From the IMG/VR virus record IMGVR_UViG_3300005274_000001, positions 32,001-96,000 of that record: a DNA stretch of 64,000 bases; one strand, given 5' to 3'. This document shows positions 29,913-39,600 of the stretch, piece by piece. This stretch comes from a virus. The notes under the pieces were generated by a model. It made no database searches. It saw nothing but the letters and a program-made list of their open reading frames with translations, and was not told the origin of the DNA. Within the stretch, counting starts at the first letter, position 1. The number at the start of each line of letters is the position of its first letter. Made by a program: the position numbers and the translations under genes.

Positions 29913-30341
29913 GCTCATCACCTCCACCCTCATCATACCCTATTTGTGCCTATTTGTCAAGCCCTATTTGCCGTTAGCGTTCGCTTAGCGTTGAGGCAAG
30001 TGGGAAGTAGGCGTTGAGGAGAATGGCCTAAGTTATAAACGCATAAACGCTAAACGCAAAATCACAGACTTTTGTTTATCGAGGATATGATATGATTGTG
30101 TTTATTTAGTTTTTATTTAATAGGCCCAAACAAAAATCTAATATAAACACCATACAAAAAACGCTTAAAGCTGTAAACTTTTTTATTTGGGACAAAATAA
30201 AGTTGCTTCAACTTATGTGCTATAACACTAGCTATATGTGGATAGCGTTTAGCTCTTTTTTGTATGGGGCTTGTGGTAAGAATATTTTCAAAGAGTAATA
30301 GGGGGGCCTCACTTGGCCCCCCCCCACATTCCCTTTCTCCC

Positions 30342-30548
30342 CTACTTTAGCCTATAGGCATATTCCGTTGCGGGGAGGAAGGGTATTTCCCAAACCTCAA
30401 TGTATTTTGCACCCTCTTTCTTGACGATAAGGGCTTCTACATGGCGATCCTCAGCGCCAATAGTCTTAAGAATGCTCTCTATGACTAACGGATTAAGAAC
30501 GAGAACATAACCCACTTCACCCCAAAACTCCCCAATTGGCTTCCTCAC
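30342..30548 (-). CDS. Early hypothetical protein (paralog of 29679-29912)
   Basis: GGAGGTG SD; EVWEIPFLPATEYAYRL. Confidence 0.8.
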   Translation of the reverse strand: MRKPIGEFWGEVGYVLVLNPLVIESILKTIGAEDRHVEALIVKKEGAKYIEVWEIPFLPATEYAYRLK

Positions 30549-30782
30549 TTCACTCACCTCCACCCCCATAATACCCTATTTAATCCTTTTTGTCAAGCCA
30601 CCACATTTAGCCCCCATGCGTAACATGCGTGTATTCGGCATGTGGGGGGCTTGTAGACTTGAGTGAGGGTGTGTTAGGAAAATATACACGCTGAAACGCT
30701 AACGCACAAATGTAGCTTTTTTATTTTTCCCCTTAGCGTTTAATTATTTTTGTATGCCCCCCTTCAATGGGGGGCGTGCAAG

Positions 30783-30932
30783 CTAACCTTCTATGATCTC
30801 TCCTCCAATGGTGAATACTATTTTCCCGCCCCTTTTATCCCTAGCTTCTAAGGCGAATCCCGACAACCTTATTTCTTCAGCGTACCTGATGAAGTGTAGA
30901 AGATTTTCAATGAACCTGATGACTTTGCTCAT
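30783..30932 (-). CDS. Small early protein (49 aa, not in ORF track)
   Basis: Promoter (-35 at 30974), GGAGGTG SD, MSKVIRFIENLLHF...EIIEG*, hairpin downstream. Confidence 0.75.
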   Translation of the reverse strand: MSKVIRFIENLLHFIRYAEEIRLSGFALEARDKRGGKIVFTIGGEIIEG

Positions 30933-30987
30933 GGTTCACCTCCCAACACTAAGATACCTCTTTTAGTCTATTTTGTCAAGGGGGGGT

Positions 30988-31019
30988 AAAAAGAAAAACC
31001 TCCCCTTTACGGGGAGGTT
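30988..31019 (-). terminator. Rho-independent terminator
   Basis: AACCTCCCC-GTAAA-GGGGAGGTT + T-tract. Confidence 0.85.
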
Positions 31020-31033
31020 AAGGTTAAGGGGGC

Positions 31034-31264
31034 TTACTTAAACTCCTTTACATAAGGAGCCTCAAGCCCCCTTTGCCTGATTAACAAGGCCTTATCAGGG
31101 AAAATGGCAAGGCTATGATGAACAAACTCTAACTTGCCTAGAGTTTCGGAGAAGTCCAAAAGAAGGACTTCACCAAAGTTTTCATCCTCCAAGATTTTTG
31201 CCGAGATTCCGAGGTTGAGGGACTCAAGGAACTCTTTCAACGCTTCTTTCTCTTGCCTAGTCAT
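31034..31264 (-). CDS. Early hypothetical protein
   Basis: 76 aa, promoter + GGAGGTG SD + terminator. Confidence 0.8.
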   Translation of the reverse strand: MTRQEKEALKEFLESLNLGISAKILEDENFGEVLLLDFSETLGKLEFVHHSLAIFPDKALLIRQRGLEAPYVKEFK

Positions 31265-31288
31265 TGTTCATCACCTCCACCCCCATCT

Positions 31289-31765
31289 TAGCACCAGAAA
31301 ATAAGTGTGTCAAGAGGCATTAGCGTTTACTTAGCGTCTTAAAAAAGAAAAAAACCTCCCCGAAAGGGGAGGTTACACTTCCTCTACCATTTCCACTTAA
31401 GACCAACGTATTTCACGTTATCCCCGTAATGCCACGTACTAACTACGTAATGCCACATACTAACTACTTTACCCTTGTCGGTAACTACCACATTTACTCC
31501 ACCAGCCGGATTGTTGAGGTTAAAGTAGATGTCGTATGTTAGACCATCCTCATCTTTAGCGATGATGTGTAAGAGATCATCGCCGTCCACATAGACTTTC
31601 TTCACTTTCTTCCTGACCAAAGACCCGTTTAGCAAGTCGTTTAGTACCTTTCCTACCATCTCCTTCACCTCCACCTTTATCATAGCACCAGAAGATAAGT
31701 GTGTCAAGGGGCATTAGCGTTTACTTAGCGTCTTAAAAAAGAAAAAACCTCCCCTTTCGGGGAGG
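31289..31765. repeat. ~85-bp near-identical terminator-motif-promoter direct repeats (31289-31372, 31683-31765) flanking one gene
   Basis: TAGCACCAGAA.ATAAGTGTGTCAAG.GGCATTAGCGTTTACTTAGCGTCTTAAAAAAGAAAAAACCTCCCC....GGGGAGG in both. Confidence 0.85.
31384..31659 (-). CDS. Early hypothetical protein
   Basis: 91 aa from ATG 31659 after GGAGGTGAAGGAG. Confidence 0.8.
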   Translation of the reverse strand: MVGKVLNDLLNGSLVRKKVKKVYVDGDDLLHIIAKDEDGLTYDIYFNLNNPAGGVNVVVTDKGKVVSMWHYVVSTWHYGDNVKYVGLKWKW

Positions 31766-31779
31766 CATACTTGCATGGA

Positions 31780-32019
31780 TTACTCTATGAGGATCTTGCG
31801 AATCTTCCCCCCTTTTTCCTCAACCCTCACCTTGCCATACTTGGTATCCTCGTATCCGACAACCCTCCATGTAGTATTCTTGCGGCAATCTTCACAATGC
31901 TTGGGTGGCCTCGTCTTTGCCTCAGCAATAAACTCCTTGCCACACTTAGCGCAGGTGAGGATGATCTTTTTGGCGCTTGGAGCCTTCCTAGCCTCTTTTT
32001 TTGCCGTGTTCTTTCCCAT
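31780..32019 (-). CDS. Basic Zn-ribbon protein (copy 1)
   Basis: 79 aa; CAKC...CEDC; AGGAGG SD. Confidence 0.8.
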   Translation of the reverse strand: MGKNTAKKEARKAPSAKKIILTCAKCGKEFIAEAKTRPPKHCEDCRKNTTWRVVGYEDTKYGKVRVEEKGGKIRKILIE

Positions 32020-32227
32020 CTTGCACCTCCTTATCCCCTTTACGGGGACACTTTCACTATACCCCACATCTCCTCTTTTGTCAAGACCTATCTAGGGGGG
32101 TGATTTTGGGGGGGGGCAAAGCGTGTAGATTTGATGATTGTCGCGGGATGTTGAAGATAGTTGTGTGTAAACGCTAAAGCATAGATTGGGGGGGGTTTAA
32201 TGAAAGTAAACGCTAGGGGATAGATTT

Positions 32228-32962
32228 TTAAAAGGTTTCTTTTATTTTTCCCTCCAAAAGAATGCCGTAAAACTTTCTTATTGTAGAGATTTGTGTAATT
32301 TCTATGTCCTCTTTTGGCCCGTAAAAATCAGATATTTTTTCAATAAAGGAAAATAGAAACATATTACTAGCAAAAGAAAATAAAAAGGAAAAGATGGGAA
32401 CAAAAACGAAGATTTCTTCTCTTTCATAGATTTCAATGATTTTTGTGATTTTTTTAAGTGTGTGTAAATGAATAGTGAATGGTATTGCTGTGTTGTATTT
32501 GTAGAGCGTGAATTTTTTTACTTCTTTTTCTCTTGCAAATTCAAAGTCTTCTTCTAGAGATTCTAAAATGTGAAGTTTCGTATACTCATGAAAGTTTTCA
32601 AAGAAATTTTTCAGTTTGTCTTTTAAATCTTCTTTTCTTTCTACAATAGAAATAAGTGTATCTTGTTCTGGGCTGCCGCTATAGAAAGCTTTGCTGATAT
32701 ATCTCTTATCGTTTTCGTATCTTTCGCTATAGTCATTTCCTTCATATAGTGCGACAAAATTCACTTTTAACTCTAGCCACAAAATATGATCGTTTATAAA
32801 GTTTATTAGCGTTTCTTCTATAGATTTGAGAAAACTTTTTTGTGGACAAAAAATTTCTTGTGTTAAGTTTGGTTTCACTTGATTGATTTTTTCTATTGCT
32901 TCTTCAAAATTTTTGCTTTCTTTGACTATGTTTATTAGAGCAACTTTTTCTACCTCTTTCAT
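32228..32962 (-). CDS. EVF-tail family protein
   Basis: Ends KETF; extended -10 TGcTATCAT upstream. Confidence 0.75.
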   Translation of the reverse strand: MKEVEKVALINIVKESKNFEEAIEKINQVKPNLTQEIFCPQKSFLKSIEETLINFINDHILWLELKVNFVALYEGNDYSERYENDKRYISKAFYSGSPEQDTLISIVERKEDLKDKLKNFFENFHEYTKLHILESLEEDFEFAREKEVKKFTLYKYNTAIPFTIHLHTLKKITKIIEIYEREEIFVFVPIFSFLFSFASNMFLFSFIEKISDFYGPKEDIEITQISTIRKFYGILLEGKIKETF

Positions 32963-33053
32963 GTTTTGAACATGATAGCACAAAACGCAATGAAGAGATA
33001 AGGAAAGCGTTTACTTGTTTTTGCACAAAATAAAAAACACAAAACATTCTTTC

Positions 33054-33533
33054 TTAATCGTAAACAATCAAAATAGCATTCTTTGATATTCCTAGTTTAA
33101 TAGCTTCATCATATGTGTCAACTACAATATCTGCTGATCTTTTGTATCTAGCATTCATTGTGTCATAAATGACACCTTCAAAGATTCCTAAATCTGAGAT
33201 GATTTTAGCTTTTTTGCCGCAAAGATATTTTCTACGATTTTTGTCAAAGAACAAATCTTGTGAGATTGCTATGATTGTTTCTTTAACTTTCTTTATTGGG
33301 CCACAAGAAGCAATATCTGGAGTACTATCGGTTTGATTTTTTGTTAAGTTATAGAAAGATAATCTTTCTAGCTTATAAGCTTTTACGCCAAAATCTTCTT
33401 TGCTTTTTTCTCTAATGTAAAAATTTTTTGCGATTTCATATTTCTTAGAGATAAGATTTTCTTTCATGTTTTGATAATCATTAATCATTATTGGACCCAA
33501 AAGCAAGAAACTTATAGCCAAAATCCTTTTCAT
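33054..33533 (-). CDS. 3D-domain (double-psi barrel, lytic-transglycosylase-like) protein with N-terminal signal/TM
   Basis: YN..QTDSTPDIASCG, IAISQDL, YDTMNARY..DI motifs. Confidence 0.7.
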   Translation of the reverse strand: MKRILAISFLLLGPIMINDYQNMKENLISKKYEIAKNFYIREKSKEDFGVKAYKLERLSFYNLTKNQTDSTPDIASCGPIKKVKETIIAISQDLFFDKNRRKYLCGKKAKIISDLGIFEGVIYDTMNARYKRSADIVVDTYDEAIKLGISKNAILIVYD

Positions 33534-33652
33534 CGGCACCTCCCCAAGGCACTATAGCAGGACAAGGCTTTTTTGGCAAGCCTTAAAAGGCTATAAGTGT
33601 ATCGCCTCTTCCATAGAAAGAAAGCAAAGAAAGCGTTTACTTATAAAGGCAT

Positions 33653-33690
33653 AAGAAGAAAACCTCCCCAAAAGGGGAGGTTTTCTTCTT
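33653..33690. terminator. Bidirectional terminator
   Basis: Perfect 17-bp inverted repeat AAGAAGAAAACCTCCCC-AAAA-GGGGAGGTTTTCTTCTT. Confidence 0.85.
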
Positions 33691-33702
33691 CAAGTATGTA
33701 GA

Positions 33703-34074
33703 TTAACCTACATACCTGAACACGGGCACTACGCTAGGGTGGGGGACTACCTCAATGATGAGCCTTTTGTTGTCCCAAGAACTGATGATTAGCCCATCAT
33801 CAAGGTAGAGATAAATGTTCTTATCTCCCCTTGGGACGACAAAGAAGTTAGCCCACCTTCCCTGAAACTCTTCAGGGACACCCCTAAGGCTAGGGCCAAT
33901 ATACTCCACCAGGATGCGCCTAATGCTAGAAACCTCCACAAAGGCCCTAACGCTAAGCGCATCCTCGCCTTTCTTGACATTCCCGCCAATCTTCACATCA
34001 GCAGGAATGCCCCACTTCCCAAGGTACCCCTTGACCTCTTCCAGAATCTTGTCCCTAAGCTCTTTCTCCACCAT
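33703..34074 (-). CDS. Early hypothetical protein (relatively GC-rich)
   Basis: 123 aa; promoter, 5' hairpin, AGGAGG SD. Confidence 0.8.
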   Translation of the reverse strand: MVEKELRDKILEEVKGYLGKWGIPADVKIGGNVKKGEDALSVRAFVEVSSIRRILVEYIGPSLRGVPEEFQGRWANFFVVPRGDKNIYLYLDDGLIISSWDNKRLIIEVVPHPSVVPVFRYVG

Positions 34075-34282
34075 CTCACACCTCCTCCTAAAGCATACTT
34101 CCGTATGCTTTAGGCACCTTTAGCATAGCACACCCCTCGCCTTGTGTCAAGCCCCCCCCTGCCCTAAGCGTTTCCGTGATGTTTTCGTGCGCTTGAGCGA
34201 GAAAGGCGAGTTGTAAACGCTTTGTGGGAAATAAACGCTGAAACGCTTAATCAGAAAATGGGGTATTTTATTTTTTGGGGGA

Positions 34283-34882
34283 TTAAAAATTTTCTTCTAT
34301 CTCAAAAAGAACGCAAATATAGCTTCTAAAAACGACAATACTTTCTTTTTTATTTGATAGCGAAACTTGGGAGATTAAAGGAAAGTATATTTCTCTTTCT
34401 TTGGCGAAATCTTCTTCTTTTGCCGGATAAAAGAAAATGTTTTTGCTTTCTATTGTTTGATAGGATCTCGTTATTGGGCTGTAAAATTTTTGTTGTACTG
34501 TTTTTATCTTCATGAGAAAAGGCTTTGTTGATTTAATGAGGTATCTCTTTTCTTCATCGTTAACATAGTTTGTATACATGCTTTCAAAAAATACATCTAA
34601 AAATTCTTCTAAGCCGCTTTCTAAATCTTCTTTACTTGGAAACATATCAAAAGTTTTTCTTAGGTAAAAGAAAGGCTTATTTACAGCTTCTAAATGAGAG
34701 AAAGAGTTATCTAATCTTTTTTCCTTTAGCTGAAAAAGCATAGATTTTCTAAAAAGCTTTGGTTTTCTAAGAAAAAGAAGCTCTTTGTTTTGTTCAAGGA
34801 TTTTTTCAACTTCTTCGTAAATCATTGAACTAACCTCTTCTAAATCAAAACTTCTATCTAACAAGACAAGCTCCGTCTGCAT
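34283..34882 (-). CDS. EVF-tail family protein
   Basis: 199 aa, ends EENF; leaderless. Confidence 0.8.
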   Translation of the reverse strand: MQTELVLLDRSFDLEEVSSMIYEEVEKILEQNKELLFLRKPKLFRKSMLFQLKEKRLDNSFSHLEAVNKPFFYLRKTFDMFPSKEDLESGLEEFLDVFFESMYTNYVNDEEKRYLIKSTKPFLMKIKTVQQKFYSPITRSYQTIESKNIFFYPAKEEDFAKEREIYFPLISQVSLSNKKESIVVFRSYICVLFEIEENF

Positions 34883-34988
34883 ACCTTAAGATTAGCAAAG
34901 CCTTACAGCGGTGTCAAGAGTTAAAAGATGAAGATGGCGTTTATTTGTTTTTTCGCAAAAAAGTGAAAAAATCAAAAACAAACACTTC

Positions 34989-35408
34989 TTAATACACATC
35001 AACTAACCTAACATACTCAACTTCACCAAAGAATATATAAACCAAATCTTTTTTGTTGTGAAAACCTAGTATTGGTTTGTGAACCAAAACATTAGAATCT
35101 ACATCCTTTCTCAAATAGTGCACTATTAAGTCTTTATAACTAGCGATTGACATCATATAAGTAACTGTTTGTATTCTAAGACTTTCAAAGTCTTCTTCGC
35201 TTAACATTGTTTCCAAAACAAACATTTTATCTTCAGACCAACGAGTTAACGCATGTTTATAAATGCCAAACTCTTTCTTGTAGGCAGAAAAGGCGTTTTC
35301 AAAGTTTTTATAGTAGCGGATTTTGTAAGTGTAACTCCGCAAAGCATATTTTGGATCATAAAAGGGCTGTACAAAGAAATACTTCTTTTTCTTAATGTCC
35401 AAAATCAC
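34989..35408 (-). CDS. EVF-tail-like protein
   Basis: 139 aa, ends VDVY; GGAGGTG SD. Confidence 0.75.
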   Translation of the reverse strand: MILDIKKKKYFFVQPFYDPKYALRSYTYKIRYYKNFENAFSAYKKEFGIYKHALTRWSEDKMFVLETMLSEEDFESLRIQTVTYMMSIASYKDLIVHYLRKDVDSNVLVHKPILGFHNKKDLVYIFFGEVEYVRLVDVY

Positions 35409-35532
35409 GGCTCACCTCCTAGCCCCCAAGCTAACACAAGGGGTGATAAAAGGCAAGAGGGGGCCTTGGTATGGGGGGGTATTAAAATAGGGAGCCCAAA
35501 AATATGTGGATAGCGTTTACTTAGTTTTGGGT

Positions 35533-35564
35533 AAAAGAAAAACCTCCCCTTTCGGGGAGGTTTT
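35533..35564 (-). terminator. Rho-independent terminator
   Basis: AAAACCTCCCC-GAAA-GGGGAGGTTTT + T-tract. Confidence 0.85.
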
Positions 35565-35576
35565 GTGTGCTTCTTG

Positions 35577-35816
35577 CTATTCAATCAAGATTTTCCTTAT
35601 CTTACCATTCCTTTCCTCAACCCTAACCTTACCATATTTAGTATCCTCGTAGCCAATCACTTTCCATGTAGTATTCTTGCGGCAATCTTCACAATATTTA
35701 GGAGGCTTTGTAGCAGTTTCTGCTACAAACTCCTTTTGGCACTTTTGGCAGACAATCAGAACTTTCTTAGTAGAAATCCTACGGGTTTTGGTGCCGTTTT
35801 TGCTGATCCTGCTCAT
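35577..35816 (-). CDS. Basic Zn-ribbon protein (copy 2)
   Basis: 79 aa; CQKC...CEDCRKNTTW..GYEDTKYGKVRVEE nearly identical to copy 1. Confidence 0.8.
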   Translation of the reverse strand: MSRISKNGTKTRRISTKKVLIVCQKCQKEFVAETATKPPKYCEDCRKNTTWKVIGYEDTKYGKVRVEERNGKIRKILIE

Positions 35817-35964
35817 ATCTTCACCTCCACCCCCAGGATACCACAAAAAAAGATGATTGTCAAGGGGGGGTGAGAGGGTTTACCTCGGTTGGACTGGTTT
35901 TGCGTGAACTTCAGACTGCAAGGTTGCGAAGTTTGGAAGGGGATTGTTAAAAATAAACGCTTAA

Positions 35965-36372
35965 TCATAAATTGTCAGTTTCTTTATTTTCTTCTAGTTC
36001 CCTCATCTTTTTAGCATAAAAACACTCTAAGAAGATGATAAAAAGTGTGTTAAATAGGAGATAAAGAACTAAGTCATTTGTATAAATCTTTTTTGTTATC
36101 ATTTCTGTGGCAAAAAGAAAAATAAATTGAATTACAATGAAAGCTAATATTAAAATCCTTAAAAGAGAAATATTTTTGAAATCTGGATAAGTTTTCAAAT
36201 AAGAATCCTCAGATTTTTTGCCAAAATTCATCATGAATATCGCAAACAAAATATAAAATTCCTTTTCGCTTGAAGCTAATAATTTTGCAACAATAAAAGA
36301 AAATGCATTATAGATTAAATAGAAAAACATTGACATCCGTAATACATAGATGTGTGTTTCGTACCTGCTCAC
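35965..36372 (-). CDS. Membrane protein (~4 TM)
   Basis: 135 aa with four hydrophobic stretches. Confidence 0.7.
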   Translation of the reverse strand: MSRYETHIYVLRMSMFFYLIYNAFSFIVAKLLASSEKEFYILFAIFMMNFGKKSEDSYLKTYPDFKNISLLRILILAFIVIQFIFLFATEMITKKIYTNDLVLYLLFNTLFIIFLECFYAKKMRELEENKETDNL

Positions 36373-36382
36373 TTTTCACCTC

Positions 36383-36922
36383 TCAGAAAGAAATGTTCTT
36401 TTTCACAATATAAGCGTCTGCATATACTCTAAAAACATTATCTACCTTATCTTTAAACTCTACCTCAATTTTGAAAATCTTTATTGGCACCAAAAGATAA
36501 GCTGGTACTCTTTGTAAAACTTGCAAATCATCACATGCTCTAAAAAGTTCTTTAAAAGACCTAAAGAAAAACGCATGATTCTCTGCCTTTTTTAAATTTT
36601 TCAAGTCTTCTAAGAAGTCATAAACTTCTCTATTTATAAAAGCTTTTCTCACTACGCTAACAGGATAAAGTAGCCAATATATGTCTTTCAAATCCACATT
36701 TTCTACCGAAACAATTTTAAGGTCTTTTAGTTTTAATATTTTTGGTCCTAATCCTTTGTTCAACCTTTGAAAATCTTTTTCTATTTGAGAAAAATCGTCT
36801 TTGAAAACAATATTGTTATGGATAACTGAAAACAATTTTTCTGACATCTTTTGAATATGATCTTTTTCATTAAAGACTGCATATCGTTTATGTAAAACAT
36901 CTAAGAATGGTGGTACTTCCAT
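36383..36922 (-). CDS. EVF-tail family protein
   Basis: 179 aa, N-term PPF, ends NISF. Confidence 0.75.
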   Translation of the reverse strand: MEVPPFLDVLHKRYAVFNEKDHIQKMSEKLFSVIHNNIVFKDDFSQIEKDFQRLNKGLGPKILKLKDLKIVSVENVDLKDIYWLLYPVSVVRKAFINREVYDFLEDLKNLKKAENHAFFFRSFKELFRACDDLQVLQRVPAYLLVPIKIFKIEVEFKDKVDNVFRVYADAYIVKKNISF

Positions 36923-37035
36923 TTAGGTTCACCTCCCCCAAGGGGAGTGTAACGCAAGCCTAGGCGCTTGTCAAGGGTGCTTAATGAATATAAAGGTGCT
37001 TGCTCTTGTAATAGGTAGAATTTTCTTATTTTTGC

Positions 37036-37707
37036 TCAGAAAATTTCTTTAAAAACCACATAAAAGGTGAGGCCAAATATAGTTTTCCTTCTTATAAAGA
37101 CATTCTCATCTTGTTTGATTTTTGTTAATGAGTAAAACATAGGAATTAATACACAAGTAGAAGCAACCTCTGGTTTTTTAACAGAAATAAACAAGTCTTT
37201 TATAAGATTTTCTCTTGTAGTTGGTCTTAAGTAAAACCATTCATTAAAAATTCGATTTGTTTTAGGGGGTTTGGGGCCTTTTTCAACAATAAAGATTTTC
37301 GTTTTGTCAAAAAGTTTTAACTCCACTTCAAAAGATTTTATTTCACCAAGATACTTTTTGAATAAATCCACCTCCGCTTCTATGGTGTGAAAAAGATTTG
37401 ATTTTACATTACGATGTATCATTTCAAATTCTACATTTTTTGAAACCCTATTAAGTTCAAAATATTCGCTATGAACTCTTTTCTTTAATGTTTCTCTAAA
37501 ACCAACTTTACTCTGCATTATATATTCCCAAAAACAGAAACTTTGACGATCAAATAAAAAGGGTACATATTGTCCTTTTTTAAGTTTTTTAATGAAGCCA
37601 ACGCTTTCTAAATAAAAATCCTTTAGTTGGTGGGGATTGGAGAAAAAGTGATTGACTTTTTTAAACTGCTTCTCTTCTTCAATCGTTCTTTTTTGACGCA
37701 CCCTCAT
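37036..37707 (-). CDS. EVF-tail family protein
   Basis: Ends KEIF; leaderless start 37707. Confidence 0.8.
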   Translation of the reverse strand: MRVRQKRTIEEEKQFKKVNHFFSNPHQLKDFYLESVGFIKKLKKGQYVPFLFDRQSFCFWEYIMQSKVGFRETLKKRVHSEYFELNRVSKNVEFEMIHRNVKSNLFHTIEAEVDLFKKYLGEIKSFEVELKLFDKTKIFIVEKGPKPPKTNRIFNEWFYLRPTTRENLIKDLFISVKKPEVASTCVLIPMFYSLTKIKQDENVFIRRKTIFGLTFYVVFKEIF

Positions 37708-37816
37708 AGCCAAAGCATAGCAAAGAAGGCCCCTTCAGTCAAGGTAAGTTCACCGAGGATAAAATATTAGGATAGCGTTTACTTGTTTTTAACGAATTAA
37801 AAAATCAAGAGCTTCA

Positions 37817-38359
37817 TTAGAAAACCTCGTTAAGCCTATAAAAGCAAATCTTTCCTAGCATTGCAGAAACCTCTATTTTTAGAGAGGTTTCTTCAGGTTT
37901 TGTATTTTCAAAGGTTATATAGTAATCGGGAATAAAGATTTGACCTTTTTTAAAATCAAAGATGTTGTCAATAGCGTAAAAGTATTTCTTGCTTACAACT
38001 TTAACTCTTATTTTGTCGCTATAAAGTCCACTTATTCCATTTGATGGAATAGCATAATCTGCTATGTAAAAAGCTATATCGTTTTTAAAAGTTTTTATTT
38101 TTTTTATCGCAAATTTGTCAAGAAGCGATTCAAAAGGTGCAGATCTATAGTGATAAAGATTTTTAACAAATAAAGTTCCCAGATCAAGAATTGTGTCTAT
38201 ATCATATTTGTCTTCCTCAAAAATCATCATTGGAAACCTTTTCTTTTCATTAAAGTCAAACTTATTTCCATTTTGAGTAATATAGTATCTAAACACTACA
38301 AGCGCCTCGTCAATGAAGATTTTCTCAAAAACTTCTGTATCTATCACTTTTCTAATCAT
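37817..38359 (-). CDS. EVF-tail family protein
   Basis: 180 aa, ends NEVF. Confidence 0.8.
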   Translation of the reverse strand: MIRKVIDTEVFEKIFIDEALVVFRYYITQNGNKFDFNEKKRFPMMIFEEDKYDIDTILDLGTLFVKNLYHYRSAPFESLLDKFAIKKIKTFKNDIAFYIADYAIPSNGISGLYSDKIRVKVVSKKYFYAIDNIFDFKKGQIFIPDYYITFENTKPEETSLKIEVSAMLGKICFYRLNEVF

Positions 38360-38889
38360 CAGAACACCTCCTCTATTTCGTATTCATACAAAGTTCCGAT
38401 TAGTCCTTCTATCATTCCAGAAAGTTCATCTGTATCTTTCAAAAGTATTTTCCTTTGCGCAGCAAATAAAGTATCGCCTTCTATTACTTCTTTTAAATTT
38501 TTTATCTCTTCTATTTGAGAAGGCCTAAGATAAACAATAGACATTTTGTAGTCATTAATAACATGTTCGCTATAATCATCAATAAAAACCGAGAAATACT
38601 TTTTTTCAATGGCTTTGCTACAAATAACCTTTGTGCTGAAAGTTTTCAACAAATCTCTCTCAAGAGATAAACACGACAAGTTGTTGTAAAAATACTCAAT
38701 TGATCTGTAAAAAGTTTTGTTGTCTACGAAATCACAAATAATGAAAGATTTGTACAAAGAAAACTCTCCTACTATTTCGTCAGCAAAGCGATTGTTTTTG
38801 CTGGGATAATAGTCTAGTTCTAGATATGCTTTATATCTCTTCAAGATTTTAAAGGACTTTGACTCCAAGAAACCTTCTATTGCTTTCAT
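38359..38889 (-). CDS. EVF-tail family protein (paralog of 39601-40122)
   Basis: Ends EEVF; YLRPSQIEEIK..DTLF..SGMIEGLIGTLY. Confidence 0.8.
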   Translation of the reverse strand: MKAIEGFLESKSFKILKRYKAYLELDYYPSKNNRFADEIVGEFSLYKSFIICDFVDNKTFYRSIEYFYNNLSCLSLERDLLKTFSTKVICSKAIEKKYFSVFIDDYSEHVINDYKMSIVYLRPSQIEEIKNLKEVIEGDTLFAAQRKILLKDTDELSGMIEGLIGTLYEYEIEEVF

Positions 38890-38933
38890 TCTAACCCCCC
38901 CCTTTCTTAAAAACATAATCATATCAATGAAAC

Positions 38934-39440
38934 TTAAAAAATCTCTTCACGATACTTTACTCTATATATTCTTCCAACAAAACATTTTTCAATGAGTTCC
39001 ACCCTTTTAAACCATCTGCCTTCTCTAAAGGACTCAACAACAGAATCAACAATAAGCAAGTAAACTTCAGGAAAAAGTATTTCTAAATCTTTTATTTTCT
39101 CTCCTATGTGATTTACTTTTGAAATCTTCATTCTATCGTAAACATAAGGTGTGAGAATTCCTCTTTTGTTAGAAATAACCTTTTCATTACCACTACAAGC
39201 TATAACATAGCAATCATACTCAGGGTCAAGAACTTGGTAAAAATAAATGTATTTGCGTCCTATCTTGTCAGTTGTTAGCTTAGATATCTTTTTCAAGTAT
39301 TCCTCTTTGTTCAAAATCTTCACTTCTCTATATACGCCTCTAGAGAAAAAGTAGTTGGCATTTAAGATTTCTAAAAAAGGCAAAAAGTTTTTGAGGCTTT
39401 TGTAATCTTCTAGTTCTTTAATAATGCTTTCCCCCACCAT
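38934..39440 (-). CDS. EVF-tail family protein (paralog of 40777-41283)
   Basis: 168 aa; FLPFLEI...GRIYRVKY, ends EEIF. Confidence 0.8.
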   Translation of the reverse strand: MVGESIIKELEDYKSLKNFLPFLEILNANYFFSRGVYREVKILNKEEYLKKISKLTTDKIGRKYIYFYQVLDPEYDCYVIACSGNEKVISNKRGILTPYVYDRMKISKVNHIGEKIKDLEILFPEVYLLIVDSVVESFREGRWFKRVELIEKCFVGRIYRVKYREEIF

Positions 39441-39600
39441 GACACCTCCCCGATTAAAGACTACTGCTAAGGCCCTAGAAAGTCAAGAGGAGAGAGGCAG
39501 GGCTTTATGAAGCACAAAAGCTAGTGGGGGGGGAGATATGTTTAGGATAGCGTTTACTTATTTTTAATAAAACTGGGACTATTCACTATGTCTTTAATCA

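Larger units (their letters stand above)
29497..30754. repeat. ~130-bp imperfect direct repeat (29497-29626 and 30624-30754)
   Basis: CATGCGTGTAT...TTAGGAAAA.ATACACGCTGAAACGCTAA..CACAAA(A)TGTA.CTTTT...CCCCTT.GCGTTTA shared. Confidence 0.75.

Noticed and set aside
32033-32048. Resemblance of ATCCCCTTTACGGGG (and GTTGC...AAGGGGATTG at ~35923) to the Thermus type III CRISPR repeat
   Set aside because: Only a short hairpin core matches, and the same CCCC-TTTAC-GGGG hairpin is used in ordinary terminators here
38359-38375. EVF tail as a by-product of overlapping Shine-Dalgarno (GAG GTG = E-V)
   Set aside because: Explains a few coupled genes only; many tails use GAA GTT/GTC or precede promoters rather than coupled ORFs
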